Below, in pieces: positions 1 to 8,314 of a DNA stretch of 64,000 bases (the stretch's first letter is position 1; every line of letters begins with the position of its first letter). The notes under the pieces were generated by a model, which saw only the letters and a list, made by a program, of their open reading frames with translations, was not told where the DNA came from and searched no databases. Position numbers and translations under genes: made by a program. The stretch is from IMG/VR virus record IMGVR_UViG_3300024308_000188, positions 124,001 to 188,000 of that record, one strand, 5' to 3'.

Positions 1-1
1 T

Positions 2-127
2 GATCTGCTTACCGGAATTCCAGCTGGTGAAACTAAAATGGAATCCATTGAACATCTTGTAACAGCAGTTAAGATAGTCACAACTGGCGAAGCCCGTATA
101 GTTCTGTCTATCAAAGACAGTATATAA
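2..127 (+). CDS. 3' end of a gene entering from the left window edge
   Basis: Open frame from base 2 (DLLTGIPAGETKMESIEHLVTAVKIVTTGEARIVLSIKDSI) to TAA 125-127. Confidence 0.55.
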   Translation, partial: DLLTGIPAGETKMESIEHLVTAVKIVTTGEARIVLSIKDSI

Positions 128-129
128 AT

Positions 130-480
130 TTCCCTGACCTGCCAAACTTTGCATGTATTTGTTTGGCAACTAAACTCAGGAACTGGATTGTGTCTGCGCT
201 ACATCCTTTCCGATAGTTTGTGTAAGAATTTCTTACGGTCTTTTTTATTTCGGCACTCTAGCGTCCTCTAAGTGCTGTTTCTGGTCGCAAGACTGGTTTT
301 ACAAAACAAGCTTATTCGTTTGCATCGACATGCGAGATACGTGAGTAGCTGTCATGAGAAATTCTTTGTTTTGTATTAGCGCCACCGAATCTGATTGGCG
401 ATCTGATCACGTTTATCAAAGCATATAAGATAGATGGTTATAGTGTAATGCTTTCCACTAGAAGCTGTTTGTTGAAATTG
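130..480 (+). ncRNA. candidate structured non-coding RNA region A
   Basis: No ORF of 60 aa or more; consecutive stems TGCCAAAC/GTTTGGCA, GGAT/ATCC, CGGCACT/AGTGCTG, CTGGTC-GCAA-GACTGG, TTGCAT/ATGCGA, CGCCA/TGGCG. Confidence 0.45.
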
Positions 481-524
481 CTTTTCAGTGACTTTCCATG
501 TTTCAACAGGTAAACATGGTTAAT

Positions 525-599
<75 letters not shown>

Positions 600-618
600 T
601 TTTCAACAGGTAACAAAA

Positions 619-702
619 ATGCTTCCAGATTATTCAGAATTAAAACCCTATCTGCTTTCTCTTGTTTTAGTTTTTGTTATTTTGATTGCGCTTAGTTTTT
701 GA
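619..702 (+). CDS. 27 aa single-TM membrane peptide
   Basis: MLPDYSELKPYLLSLVLVFVILIALSF; AGGT upstream of ATG; below the ORF track cutoff. Confidence 0.45.
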   Translation: MLPDYSELKPYLLSLVLVFVILIALSF

Positions 703-832
703 TTCCAACACTAAACTTATTTCAGTTAGCTAAGTAACTTAAGATAGTCCTGCACTTAGCCGCGTAGGAGACTATGAAAAGTTTGTGGTTTAAGTGTATC
801 ACTGAACAGGAATCTTTATTTGGTAATCATTT

Positions 833-1165
833 ATGGAACCAGAGTTTTTAAATTGCCCTGAATTTTATTCTAAACATTTTCTTGAACTTAACAATAAAGA
901 AAAATTCTGCGCTTTTTATTGGAGTCAGATGCGAAGATTTACAACGCTTAAGCAAGCTTTAACTTCTTTACCTGCAAATAGAATACCTTACAGATGCGCT
1001 TTAATTGTTTTGCGCGAAAAGAAATGTCGTTGGCCTGAAGTAGAATTCTTGATAGCCCAAACTTCTTACTCAAAAGGTTTGTATTTGAATTACATGAAAA
1101 TTTTAGTTGAACGAAACCAATTGACTACAGAAGAATTTGAAGATATTTTGAATATGTTAAAGTAG
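833..1165 (+). CDS. hypothetical protein
   Basis: 110 aa ORF with phage-like composition. Confidence 0.6.
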   Translation: MEPEFLNCPEFYSKHFLELNNKEKFCAFYWSQMRRFTTLKQALTSLPANRIPYRCALIVLREKKCRWPEVEFLIAQTSYSKGLYLNYMKILVERNQLTTEEFEDILNMLK

Positions 1166-1174
1166 ATTCCACTT

Positions 1175-1640
1175 TAGATCTGCAAGCAGAGACATTTTTT
1201 GTCTTAGGTCAGAACAGCCGTTGCTTGTGCGCTGGTATGCAGTGCAAAGTTTATTATGTCAAGCTAGATCCCTTGACTAGACTTTATACGAAGTAGCCTA
1301 ACTTCGAGATTTTTAGTGGAATCTCCTTTAACATCTTTGTCTGTTCGATCTCCTTTTAGGTACGTGGGGTTCCAAGCAAGTTGTGTCGAACAGGCATTCT
1401 AATTTTTCGCGGCATTAGTTTAAGCAGTCCTTGAAAAAGTTTTGTGTGAGGCGGATTCTTCCTTGCCGCTGTGCTGATGAACTTATAGAGGAAAAACAAC
1501 GAGACAATACTTGCGTCCCTCCAAGTCGGTTAGTATTGTGAGTATCTCACGCACTCATTCGTTATTTCAAAACATGAACGTGCTGACGCGAACTCCCGCT
1601 GAGAGTACAAACCTTAATCTAGCATTAAGCAATGTTTAGA
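1175..1640 (+). ncRNA. candidate large structured non-coding RNA region B (~460 nt)
   Basis: No ORF; at least 12 stems tile the region, e.g. CTGTTCGA/TCGAACAG, ACAATACT/AGTATTGT, GTCAAG/CTTGAC, CGAAGT/ACTTCG, CTTAAT/ATTAAG; G-U pairs favour the + strand. Confidence 0.55.
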
Positions 1641-1973
1641 CTTTGAATTGTTGTAGGTTTTTGGACTTTTTTCCTTGCTCCAATTCTTGGGTCGTGTATT
1701 TGAAATGCCGCTATACAGGAATATTCATGGTAACTATATTCATCTTTTTTCTAACGATTTGTATTAACCGCGAAAACAATTTACGGCGGTCATCCGTAGA
1801 AAGTTTTCGTATAACAACTAACATTCAACGCATAACAGATTACTTTGACCTTAAAGGTTGGTTAACTGTTCGCGTTGTACAAGTTGAGCATAAACCTGCT
1901 CACTATAAGCACTCGTTGATATGATGCTTGGCGATTTGTTATTTACATGACTCCTTATCTTGTTGAGAGGGTA

Positions 1974-2177
1974 AGAACAAATCTCGGTAGCCGTAATACC
2001 GATATTAAATAATCCAGCAGGTGGGTTTGTTGTTCGCATTTTGGACAAGGAAACCAAACCCACCGAATCAAATAGATTTTTGTTCTGACGGTAAGATTCA
2101 ACTTTCGCACTGGCTTTGTTCGAGCACCAGTACATATTACAGTCTGTTGCGTTTTGCCGTCAGAACAAAAATCTATT
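1974..2177 (+). ncRNA. structured element C with a 21 bp perfect inverted repeat
   Basis: AATAGATTTTTGTTCTGACGG (2071-2091) pairs with 2157-2177; GGTGGGTTTG (2020-2029) pairs with 2055-2064. Confidence 0.5.
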
Positions 2178-2183
2178 AAACAC

Positions 2184-2209
2184 AAGGCCACTTTGCTGTG
2201 GCCTTTTTT
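2184..2209 (+). terminator. intrinsic terminator
   Basis: AAGGCCAC-tttgct-GTGGCCTT followed by TTTT. Confidence 0.8.
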
Positions 2210-2231
2210 GATCTTAACTGGGGAAATAACT

Positions 2232-2867
2232 ATGCAAGGTAAATTTTTTGTACTTGAAGGATTGGATGGTGTTGGTAAAAGTGAACAAGCAAAAATATTG
2301 ACGGCAAATCTTACTAAAATATTTGGCCCGACTATTCAAGTACGCGAACCTGGAGGAACTCCGATTGCAGAACAGATACGTACTGTGGTAAAAGGTAATG
2401 CTAATAACTCTGATGAAAAGTTTACTGTAGAAGCAGAAACTCTTTTAATGTTTGCTGCCAGAGCGCAATTGGTTCCTTACGTAAGATCACAACTTGCCGC
2501 TGGCGTTAATGTTGTTGCAGATCGTTGGGATTTTTCAACAAGAGCTTTTCAGTGTGGAGGTAAAGGTTTTCCACTTGAGCACTTTTATAACCTGCGTAAA
2601 ATACTGAGTTTAGATACCTTGGTTCCTGATATGATTTTTTACGGAACTAACTCAGGCAAAGTAAAAGAGCCTGAAGATCGAATTGAGTTTGAGTATTTTG
2701 AGTTCAGAGAAAAGATTGGTGCCGAATATGACCGCATGTTTGCTCTTAGCAATATGGATCATACTGTTGCGAAAAGTTTAGTCACTTTCGACATAAATGG
2801 AGTTAGTATTGAAGATACTGCGGAAATGATTTTAATGTGTGCGCGTAAAGCTTTTGGTGATGTATGA
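2232..2867 (+). CDS. tmk: thymidylate kinase
   Basis: FVLEGLDGVGKS P-loop, REPGGT, LLMFAARAQ, DRWDFST motifs; start moved to MQGKF after a GGGA RBS. Confidence 0.93.
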   Translation: MQGKFFVLEGLDGVGKSEQAKILTANLTKIFGPTIQVREPGGTPIAEQIRTVVKGNANNSDEKFTVEAETLLMFAARAQLVPYVRSQLAAGVNVVADRWDFSTRAFQCGGKGFPLEHFYNLRKILSLDTLVPDMIFYGTNSGKVKEPEDRIEFEYFEFREKIGAEYDRMFALSNMDHTVAKSLVTFDINGVSIEDTAEMILMCARKAFGDV

Positions 2868-3307
2868 GAATATTATGCCACTTAAACAGCCCTAGACTCA
2901 CATTTTCTGGTGTGCGTTGGACAATGGCCGAAGCCTATCGAAAACTTTCTGATTTTGCAGAACTTAGTTCTGCGGATAAAAATCGAATAGTGGCCGAAGC
3001 AGGACAAGCTACCGTTCGCGTATTTTCAAGCGTATTCATTGATAAAGATCTTGTTACTGAGATTACTTTCCTACCTACCAATGAAATGACTTTGCAGCAA
3101 ATTGAAGAATACGAAATTCTATCTGTCGATCTTTCCGATGAAAAATTAAAACCTGCCGAACTCAGTGCTTTGATTGATCGCATATCAAATCCCGATAAAG
3201 GCAAGATAATGATTTTATCTGGAACCAAAGTTAAAGAAGCTCCGAGGCTTTCTCCTTCTTTAACACGCGCAATTAAAAAAGCACTGAAAATAAAACATCC
3301 AAGTTAG
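2864..3307 (+). CDS. hypothetical protein
   Basis: ATGA overlap with tmk stop; 147 aa. Confidence 0.7.
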   Translation: MRILCHLNSPRLTFSGVRWTMAEAYRKLSDFAELSSADKNRIVAEAGQATVRVFSSVFIDKDLVTEITFLPTNEMTLQQIEEYEILSVDLSDEKLKPAELSALIDRISNPDKGKIMILSGTKVKEAPRLSPSLTRAIKKALKIKHPS

Positions 3308-3310
3308 ATC

Positions 3311-3342
3311 AAAAAAGGGAACCTCTTTCGGGGTTCCCTTTT
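3311..3342. terminator. bidirectional intrinsic terminator
   Basis: AAAAAAGGGAACCTC-TTTC-GGGGTTCCCTTTT between convergent genes. Confidence 0.85.
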
Positions 3343-3346
3343 GCAT

Positions 3347-3550
3347 TTATTCTGACAGTTGTTTAAAGCGATCTAAAAATTGACCGTCCTTGGCTTTTTC
3401 TGGACTTGCCAATAGTAATGTTGCAAGTCTGTATATTCCACGTTGTTTGTTATCACTGCTATTACGCAATTCAAAATTTTCTGCAATTGACTTTTCAAGA
3501 TCCTCCAGAGTTTTAGTTCCTTCGATCACTTCTTGAATAACTTCTTTCAT
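3347..3550 (-). CDS. hypothetical protein (67 aa, isolated minus-strand gene)
   Basis: AAGGAG RBS 7 nt before ATG (MKEVIQEVIEG); converges on the bidirectional terminator. Confidence 0.75.
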   Translation of the reverse strand: MKEVIQEVIEGTKTLEDLEKSIAENFELRNSSDNKQRGIYRLATLLLASPEKAKDGQFLDRFKQLSE

Positions 3551-3629
3551 AATAATCTCCTTTAGTAGTACCCTTAAATTACTAACAAGTATGACCTTCA
3601 AATTTAACAAAAATCGTTGAAAGTTGCTG

Positions 3630-3687
3630 AACTGATCCAAGTGTGTCAAAAATAGCTATATACATGATCCTACATTTTTGCTATAAT
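3630..3687 (+). promoter_or_regulatory. conserved composite promoter, copy 1
   Basis: ACTGATCCAAGTGTGTCAAAAA, then 32 nt from TGTCAA to TATAAT (3682-3687). Confidence 0.8.
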
Positions 3688-3726
3688 AGGCACATTGAAA
3701 CAGCGAAGAATCTACGAGGTATTAAA

Positions 3727-4053
3727 ATGAAAGTGTCGGTATCAAATAAAAAGTTTGTTAGAAGCTGCGGTGTAGGTTTGACAGAAGTTAAACTGCTGGA
3801 TTTTATTAAATTAGATGCAGCTTTATTGGGAAAAGATCCTTTACTAGATTCTGAAACATTCTATCAGGTTATATCTATTCAGGAGTTAAATAAAAGTTAT
3901 ATTGAAAGTTTGGATGCTTTTTGTCCACAATCTTTCGTACTCGTTCTTTTAGATAACCATGTTCGCAGAACCGCAAAAGGCTCTTTTGAAAAACTGTGTT
4001 TTTCAGTAGAAATAACTGAAGATGAACTTTACAATGTAACAGTTAAGAAGTAA
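3727..4053 (+). CDS. hypothetical protein
   Basis: GAGG RBS before MKVSVSNKK. Confidence 0.7.
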   Translation: MKVSVSNKKFVRSCGVGLTEVKLLDFIKLDAALLGKDPLLDSETFYQVISIQELNKSYIESLDAFCPQSFVLVLLDNHVRRTAKGSFEKLCFSVEITEDELYNVTVKK

Positions 4054-4063
4054 GGAAAAGTTT

Positions 4064-4435
4064 ATGAATGATTTAATTAAAGTAGCACCGGTTGTTGAAG
4101 GTGAGTTGATAGTTGATCCTATTGAATACTCGATTACTATTGAACAAATACAATCTTTTTTAGTCAGGACGATGAATCAACCTGTATCTACACGCATCAG
4201 ATTTTACAATGATGTTATTTTTGAAAAATATTCTTACATTCATTTTGATGAAGAAAACGGATGGCAATTCTATCACGGTCATGATGAAAAGTTTATGCCT
4301 TGGTCTTGGGTAGATGACATTGAAGAAATCTATCGTGATTGTGATATTCAAGAAATACTTGATTACAACGATGGTTGGGTATTTTACGATCTTGACGGTG
4401 GCCGTAATAAACAACTTGTGTTGGGTGATGTATGA
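4064..4435 (+). CDS. hypothetical protein
   Basis: AAGGA RBS; 123 aa. Confidence 0.75.
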   Translation: MNDLIKVAPVVEGELIVDPIEYSITIEQIQSFLVRTMNQPVSTRIRFYNDVIFEKYSYIHFDEENGWQFYHGHDEKFMPWSWVDDIEEIYRDCDIQEILDYNDGWVFYDLDGGRNKQLVLGDV

Positions 4436-4827
4436 TCAAAAAGTTTGTTGATAACCTGCGAAATTACTTTCGGTGGAAAGACGGCAGACAAGGAACCGGA
4501 TATAAAAAGTTTGAGATTTTAATCAGCAAGCGCTTTAATCTGGATTTTCATATTCTGCGCTATGAAGCCGGAAGCAGCATTCCATACCACTTTGATCGTG
4601 TTGGTAAGGATTACGAACACCATAGAATCAACATTGTGATTTTTCCTGCAAAAGTTGGCGGTGAATTTCGTTATGATCAATTCAATAAGTTTGGTCATAA
4701 AAACAAGGTTACACACTTCGGCCCGTTAGTTTATTTTCGACCTGATTTAATTGGACACTCTGTTTCTTACATTGAGTCTGGCACTCGTTATGTATTATCA
4801 ATTGGTTTTCTGAAAAAGGTGAAATAA
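4432..4827 (+). CDS. 2OG-Fe(II) dioxygenase superfamily protein
   Basis: LRYEAGSSIPYHFD (HxD), GGEF, HSVSYIESGTRYVL (distal His and Arg). Confidence 0.82.
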   Translation: MIKKFVDNLRNYFRWKDGRQGTGYKKFEILISKRFNLDFHILRYEAGSSIPYHFDRVGKDYEHHRINIVIFPAKVGGEFRYDQFNKFGHKNKVTHFGPLVYFRPDLIGHSVSYIESGTRYVLSIGFLKKVK

Positions 4828-4828
4828 C

Positions 4829-5440
4829 ATGAAAGACTTAACAAACAAAATGGTTGAAGTTTCTCGTTGGTTAGCATTGCAAAGTACATTTTTATCAAGG
4901 GGTTTGCGTTCTTTGGCCGATGCTGAAAAGTTGTGGCAAGCTTTTGAAGGCAAGTATGCTGATTCAGAAGATTCCCGTGAAAAACGAATTGAGATCTTGG
5001 GTTACGATCCAATCGATTTAACAGCTGAAAAAATCTCTACTGGAAAGAAACCAACTGTAAGTACGGCAGATCGTTTATTACCAAAGACCTGCTATTTTGT
5101 CGGTGAGGATGGAGTTATTTTTTCTATTTACCCACGCGATTTTAAAACTAGCGAAGGACGTTACATTATTCGCACCAACTTTGCTGGCTACAACGGATTG
5201 ATTTACATTCAAGGAAATGAAGTAAACGCGATTGCACCTGCCGATGAAAACGGCCAAAGTTTGATCCTGAATAGTTATCAGCTGTGGACATCATTGCCAG
5301 AGTTGGCTGTTGAAATAGATTCTGACAAGACTAAATTGGATGCAAACTTTTTAGCCGAATTCGACAAAATGAAACATGCAATGTATGTTTCAATGGTTGG
5401 AAAAGAAATGGCCGATTCTATCTTTGATTTTGAGCAATAA
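4829..5440 (+). CDS. hypothetical protein
   Basis: 203 aa ORF abutting the previous gene. Confidence 0.75.
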   Translation: MKDLTNKMVEVSRWLALQSTFLSRGLRSLADAEKLWQAFEGKYADSEDSREKRIEILGYDPIDLTAEKISTGKKPTVSTADRLLPKTCYFVGEDGVIFSIYPRDFKTSEGRYIIRTNFAGYNGLIYIQGNEVNAIAPADENGQSLILNSYQLWTSLPELAVEIDSDKTKLDANFLAEFDKMKHAMYVSMVGKEMADSIFDFEQ

Positions 5441-5444
5441 CATC

Positions 5445-5529
5445 AACTAAACCAAGTGTGTCAAAAATAGGGGTGGCTTCGGCTGCCCTTTTTTGGTATA
5501 ATGTATTCAATGGTTAAGGCAAGAACCAT
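5445..5529 (+). promoter_or_regulatory. composite promoter copy 2 with embedded terminator and AGGCAA leader hairpin
   Basis: CCAAGTGTGTCAAAAA; GGGTGGC-TTCG-GCTGCCC-TTTTTT inside the spacer; TATAAT 5497-5502; ATGGTT-aaggcaag-AACCAT. Confidence 0.85.
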
Positions 5530-5562
5530 GTCAAATCTTGCCAAACATAAGAGAATCTAGTT

Positions 5563-5970
5563 ATGTCACAAGCACGAATCAATTTGAAAAGTTTAATGCG
5601 CGTTACACTGAAAGATCGTAAAGGCACTTTCACTATACTGTCTTTTCGTTTTTCATCGAATCCAACTAAAACCATGATCACTTGCATGGCGGATTCTGAC
5701 GACGAAATTTGTCATACCACGGAAGAAAATGTCGAAAAAGTTGTTTGCTACGATATTCGCAGCAATGGCTTGCAGGAAAGTACGGTCATGAACTATCTGA
5801 CTGACGATAAACATTTTGATGTTAATGATCCTGAAGCTGACATCTACGCTGCGGTTTCAGATGCGCTAAGTGCCAAAGGTGCTAACCGAATCAAAGACGA
5901 ATTCCAGCGCCAAATAAACACACTGGACTACGATTCGATCAAAGAAAAGTTGGTAGCTCTGGCTCAGTAA
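5563..5970 (+). CDS. hypothetical protein
   Basis: 135 aa ORF downstream of promoter copy 2. Confidence 0.75.
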   Translation: MSQARINLKSLMRVTLKDRKGTFTILSFRFSSNPTKTMITCMADSDDEICHTTEENVEKVVCYDIRSNGLQESTVMNYLTDDKHFDVNDPEADIYAAVSDALSAKGANRIKDEFQRQINTLDYDSIKEKLVALAQ

Positions 5971-6017
5971 AATCATTCGGTGGCTTTCGGGCCACCAACT
6001 TTTTGGGAGAAAAGTTT

Positions 6018-6707
6018 ATGCGTAAACTTACCACGGAAGTAGTTTTTCAAGTGCTTCATTTGCTGATGCAATCAACTAAGGCTATGCCTGAAGTTTCTTT
6101 GCAGGGAAGTCGCGTGTACATTTTCGGCAAACTTTTTGCACAATCAAATGAGGCTCGTGAAATTCTCAGACTGTGTGCAAAGCAATGTCACAGGCAAGAA
6201 CGAGCTGAACCAACTTTACCGACTGTCGCAAGTAAGTTTTTCATGGATCGTTATGAGAACGATTTTATCAAGACAGTCGTTCAAAATACAGCGACAGGTC
6301 GAATTACTGAATTTACTTTGATGGACATTACTATCGGTCTTGCGCCTGAAGCAAGTTATGATGTTTTCGATCAAACGATGGAAGCCAACGCTTTTTCTCA
6401 GTACCTGAAGTTTCATGTGACACAAGCTCATACAAAAGTTTGTTTCGCAAAGAATATCGATATGAGAATCAATCATGGTTTACCTATCGGCCTTAGCATT
6501 CACCAACTGGTCAACAAAAAAGTTGGTGTTTTTCTCAGTAACGATCTGGTCAATGTTGACGTTCTTTCTTACACAGATTTGAAAGATGTTGCTAAAACTC
6601 GTGATGGACGTAAGCAACCTTTTGCCCTCGACATACAAGTTTTGTGTGAAGGCAAAAAACTTTTCATCAAGTCAAATTTAATAAGCAGTTTAGTTGCTGA
6701 TAAATAA
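6018..6707 (+). CDS. hypothetical protein
   Basis: GGAG RBS before MRKLTTE. Confidence 0.75.
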   Translation: MRKLTTEVVFQVLHLLMQSTKAMPEVSLQGSRVYIFGKLFAQSNEAREILRLCAKQCHRQERAEPTLPTVASKFFMDRYENDFIKTVVQNTATGRITEFTLMDITIGLAPEASYDVFDQTMEANAFSQYLKFHVTQAHTKVCFAKNIDMRINHGLPIGLSIHQLVNKKVGVFLSNDLVNVDVLSYTDLKDVAKTRDGRKQPFALDIQVLCEGKKLFIKSNLISSLVADK

Positions 6708-6718
6708 CCGGAGAATCT

Positions 6719-7507
6719 ATGAAGTTATTCAAATTAGAATGTAACAAACCACAGAAAAACGGCTCAAGCTTACCTCTGCAAATTTTGTCGCTGGTGAAAC
6801 GCCTTACTCTTGGTGATGTTTATGATGTGGTAATGAACATAGAAAACATTACCAAAGACGTATCTGATTGTGAACCCGAAAACTATGTTTATCGGATCAC
6901 ACTGCTTTCAGCGCAAAACGAAATTTCTTATGTTGATGGAAATATCGACGAAGTATATTCTGCTTTAAAAGTGGTTGTTGCTGATCTTCGTAAGCTGGAA
7001 ATGAATTCCACAATTTTTGCAGACTGGATATTAAAAGGCATGGCCGCTGATATTTTATCGCACGATGCGCTTGACGATCTGGACTTGCCGGAAATTGCCA
7101 ATGAACTTTGTGAAGGTCTTGACCAGCTGGATCTGGATATTAACTTTGATGATATATCCAATCTTGTTAGTATCGAACTGGAAAAGTTTAAGGTATTTGC
7201 TTTAGCCGCGATGAAAACAAAATTCGTGTTTTTAGATGAAAACAAAATCGAAGAGTTTTCATCAGCTACCGAAATTGTTGACTTCTTTACCAAAAATAAA
7301 AATGTAGGAATGCCTGCATCCATTTACGTAACGAACGATCAATTGAATATTAAAAATTCAACAGCCGCTTTCCGTCAGATCAGTCAGATTCTTACTGATA
7401 ACTTCGGGCCGACTGCGGTAAAACGTCAGAAGAAAGTTGATAAAGCTTTTATTGTTGCATCTATTGAAGATGCGTTGGCTTCAGCCTTGAATTACGTGCG
7501 TTCTTAA
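6719..7507 (+). CDS. hypothetical protein
   Basis: GGAG RBS; 262 aa. Confidence 0.75.
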   Translation: MKLFKLECNKPQKNGSSLPLQILSLVKRLTLGDVYDVVMNIENITKDVSDCEPENYVYRITLLSAQNEISYVDGNIDEVYSALKVVVADLRKLEMNSTIFADWILKGMAADILSHDALDDLDLPEIANELCEGLDQLDLDINFDDISNLVSIELEKFKVFALAAMKTKFVFLDENKIEEFSSATEIVDFFTKNKNVGMPASIYVTNDQLNIKNSTAAFRQISQILTDNFGPTAVKRQKKVDKAFIVASIEDALASALNYVRS

Positions 7508-7558
7508 AACTAAACTGAGGGGAACAGAAGTTCCCCTACCGCTTGAAAGGAAAATCAA

Positions 7559-8314
7559 ATGCGACAATTATATACCGTACCAAACAAACCTGCTACTGCG
7601 GATTTATCAAGCTTAATAAAGATCATGTATGATCAACAAGCGCGGATTAGTATCTCAGGCAGTTATCTTGGTGAGTGTCTTTATGAACCTGACAGTTTAG
7701 CAACTTTAATAGTTCGTGGCACTATAAAGATTAGTGTTGAAAAAGTTTATCAGTTGTTCAACGTGACTTCACGAAAAATGTTCGTTGAAGAAAACAAGGT
7801 TATCATTATTAATAACTCTTGTCACTTACACGTTGAGCTTATTTGGGATGGTTCGTTTCCGACTATTGACGAAGAACGCATCTACAAAATAAAATGTTTG
7901 TTGAACTGTAGTAATTACAGTCCAGACCCAAGTATATCAGTATCGCCACGAGCGGCACTTGATGTACTGAAAGATGATTTAGAAAATTACATAGATCATC
8001 TGAATGAAGTTTTAGAGTTTGAAGGCAAATCTTATTCTGCACACACTCTGAAAAACTTTAACTATGATATGCGGTTTGGTCTTAATCTTTTTAGCATTCA
8101 AAAAGGATCGCGCATAACATATCTTGACCGTGGCAAGTTGAAATCTGCTACGGTTGTAAATTTCAATCCGGTAAACTTTGCACTGATTAAACAGGAAGGT
8201 ATGCCGACACGAGATCTTCATTTGATCAACATTGAGTTTAAAGAAGGCGGTTATATGTCTTACAAAACTCTTTACTTAAATCAGATTGTCGCAATAGGAG
8301 GCAATAATGAATAG
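7559..8314 (+). CDS. hypothetical protein
   Basis: AAGGA RBS; 251 aa. Confidence 0.75.
   Translation: MRQLYTVPNKPATADLSSLIKIMYDQQARISISGSYLGECLYEPDSLATLIVRGTIKISVEKVYQLFNVTSRKMFVEENKVIIINNSCHLHVELIWDGSFPTIDEERIYKIKCLLNCSNYSPDPSISVSPRAALDVLKDDLENYIDHLNEVLEFEGKSYSAHTLKNFNYDMRFGLNLFSIQKGSRITYLDRGKLKSATVVNFNPVNFALIKQEGMPTRDLHLINIEFKEGGYMSYKTLYLNQIVAIGGNNE

Noticed and set aside
436-480. GGTTATAGTGTAATG resembling a tRNA 5' end
   Set aside because: No anticodon arm, T arm or acceptor partner follows.
1439-1500. Hammerhead-like core CTGATGA...GAAA in region B
   Set aside because: The first stem II pair is A-G rather than G-C and stem I next to the core is only G-U or mismatched; not called a ribozyme without a cleavage assay.
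1643-2191. ORFs 1643-1924(+), 1851-2135(-) and 1955-2191(-)
   Set aside because: Mutually overlapping, atypical composition and coincident with strong RNA stems; only 1727-1924 has a weak RBS, and it is left uncalled.
3643-3649. TGTCAA in the composite elements read as a reverse-strand TTGACA promoter
   Set aside because: Where I checked (copy 1) no -10 lies 17 nt away on the minus strand, and most copies have no divergent gene; a conventional -35 position exists on the + strand.
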